A stretch of DNA of 63,327 nt, the filler included, from Nitrospinae bacterium RIFCSPLOWO2_12_FULL_45_22 (GTDB lineage Bacteria; 2-12-FULL-45-22), in NCBI GenBank assembly GCA_001803565.1. It is 6 parts of 6 records of this genome, joined end to end, with 100 filler letters (N's around TTAATTAATTAA, not from the genome) between each part and the next. Parts side by side here need not be neighbours in the genome. Positions count along the whole stretch, not along the records: positions 47,509 to 63,327 come from MHDQ01000267.1; 5 more parts are not named here. One strand, given 5' to 3'. Each line of letters starts with the position of its first letter. Within the stretch, counting starts at the first letter, position 1. Positions 61,893 through 63,327 of this stretch are shown in pieces. The notes under the pieces are model-generated. The model was not told the origin of the DNA. It worked only from the letters and a program-made list of their open reading frames with translations, and did no database searches. Both the position numbers and the translations under genes were made by a program.

Positions 61893-63068
61893 TTATTTAA
61901 GGCCTGCAGCCCTCTTTAAGTCTTCAGCCTTATTAGTCCTTTCCCAGGTGAATTCTGGCTCATTGCGGCCAAAATGGCCATAAGCCGCGGTCTTCTTGAA
62001 GATAGGTCTCCTTAGATTAAGATAATTGATTATCCCAGCAGGTTTCAACGGAAAATGTGCCCGGACTAATTCCTCTAGCTTTTTTTCATCTATCTTACCC
62101 GTACCGAAAGTATCTACCATTACCGAGACCGGTTCTGCTACACCGATAGCGTAAGCTAACTGTACTTCACATTCATCGGCCAACCCAGCGGCTACAATAT
62201 TTTTGGCTATATGCCGGGCCATATACGAAGCCGACCGGTCCACCTTGGAGGGGTCTTTCCCGGAGAAACAGCCACCACCATGACTGCCCATACCCCCATA
62301 GGTATCCACGATAATCTTCCGGCCCGTCAGTCCGGTATCACCCATGGGTCCTCCCACCACGAACCTGCCAGTAGGATTGACGTGATAGACCGCTTTTTTA
62401 TTATCTAATAGTTCTGGTGGGATAACTGGCTTAATGATTAGTTCTATCATATCTCCCCGGATAGTATCCAGGGTTACGTCCGGAGAATGCTGGGTAGCAA
62501 TAACTACGGTAGTGACCGCCACTGGAACGCCATTCTCGTACTGGACAGTTACCTGGCTTTTGCCGTCAGGCCGTAAATAGGGCACCAGCTTTTCCCTTCT
62601 TACTTCTGTAAGCCTCTGGACTAGTTTGTGGGCCAGGGTTATAGGTAATGGCATCAGTTCCCGGGTCTCATTAATAGCATACCCAAACATCATTCCCTGA
62701 TCTCCGGCCCCTTGTTCGTCGTGGAGCCCCTGGCCTTCAGTAACACCCTGAGAGATATCCGGTGATTGTCGGTCTATGGAGGTAATAACCGCACAGGTAG
62801 CCGCATCAAAGCCAAACTTTGCCCGGGTATATCCTATACCTTCAATGGTCTTCCGCACTATCCGGGGAAAATCGAGTATTGCCGCAGTGGTTATTTCTCC
62901 GGCTACGACCACTAAACCGGTGGTTAATAGAGTTTCGCATGCCACCCGTCCATTAGAGTCTTGCTCCATAACCGCATCTAATATGGCATCAGATATCTGA
63001 TCAGCAATCTTATCCGGGTGCCCTTCTGTCACTGACTCCGAAGTAAAAAGTCTACTCTTCTTGCTCAT
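61893..63068 (-). CDS. metK: S-adenosylmethionine synthetase
   Basis: [35 protein letters not shown]. Confidence 0.98.
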   Translation of the reverse strand: MSKKSRLFTSESVTEGHPDKIADQISDAILDAVMEQDSNGRVACETLLTTGLVVVAGEITTAAILDFPRIVRKTIEGIGYTRAKFGFDAATCAVITSIDRQSPDISQGVTEGQGLHDEQGAGDQGMMFGYAINETRELMPLPITLAHKLVQRLTEVRREKLVPYLRPDGKSQVTVQYENGVPVAVTTVVIATQHSPDVTLDTIRGDMIELIIKPVIPPELLDNKKAVYHVNPTGRFVVGGPMGDTGLTGRKIIVDTYGGMGSHGGGCFSGKDPSKVDRSASYMARHIAKNIVAAGLADECEVQLAYAIGVAEPVSVMVDTFGTGKIDEKKLEELVRAHFPLKPAGIINYLNLRRPIFKKTAAYGHFGRNEPEFTWERTNKAEDLKRAAGLK

Positions 63069-63145
63069 ATCCTCTCCCTTTCTAAGCGACATCGTCCAGA
63101 TTAAAAAAGTCCACCAAAACTCCTAAAGTGGTACATCACTCTATG

Positions 63146-63289
63146 GTAACAGTTCACAGGGGTCAGGGATCAGTTGTCAGGCAAGCTTCTCCTCAAAGAC
63201 ATCTTTCGCTCAATCTCTAAATATTGATGACCATTCAAAATTTAAAGTCTTTTCCTGAACCCTGTCAACTGAACCCCGTGAACTGTTAC
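63146..63289. repeat. palindromic intergenic element of short-period repeats
   Basis: GTAACAGTTCAC/GTGAACTGTTAC terminal IR, with inner TCAGGG/CCCTG-type units related to 59270-59322. Confidence 0.7.
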
Positions 63290-63327
63290 ACCTTATGATA
63301 CTTGATATCTTGGGCACTGGATCAGGC

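Noticed and set aside
63069-63327. SAM riboswitch upstream of metK
   Set aside because: No SAM-I core motifs were recognised; the structure is explained by a palindromic repeat element.

Overview
The window is not one locus. It is six bacterial contigs joined by artificial 100-nt spacers (N-run, TTAATTAATTAA, N-run), so adjacency across spacers means nothing. Contig 1 (1-14321) is an accessory-looking + strand cluster: GH13 amylase, membrane proteins, CBS remnant, amidase, patatin pseudogene, FecR lipoprotein, DUF362 fusion, lipoprotein pair, TPR protein. Contig 2 (14422-19543) has a PIN toxin-antitoxin pair and an integron cassette array with five attC sites and no integrase in view; one ORF-less cassette carries an inverted mimic of its own attC. 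Contig 3 (19644-28388) is a redox/catabolic cluster: two phytoene-dehydrogenase-like flavoproteins, a GGR-like protein and a xanthine-dehydrogenase-family triad. Contig 4 (28489-38215) has a complex I operon CD-F-G-H-I-J-K-N lacking nuoE, L and M in place. Contig 5 (38316-47408) has selB, selA, nadK, recN and gspD. Contig 6 (47509-63327) has a defence island, then nrdD with tandem NrdR boxes, a B12 radical SAM gene, a MITE and metK. The island holds Type IIG R-M genes, a RadC N-terminal-only gene, and a three-gene operon of metallo-beta-lactamase-fold protein, E2-E1-JAB fusion and patatin with no nucleotide cyclase. The best candidate for an uncharacterised system is this cyclase-less ubiquitin-like operon; the cassette array is second. 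All family calls come from motifs read by eye; no searches were run.
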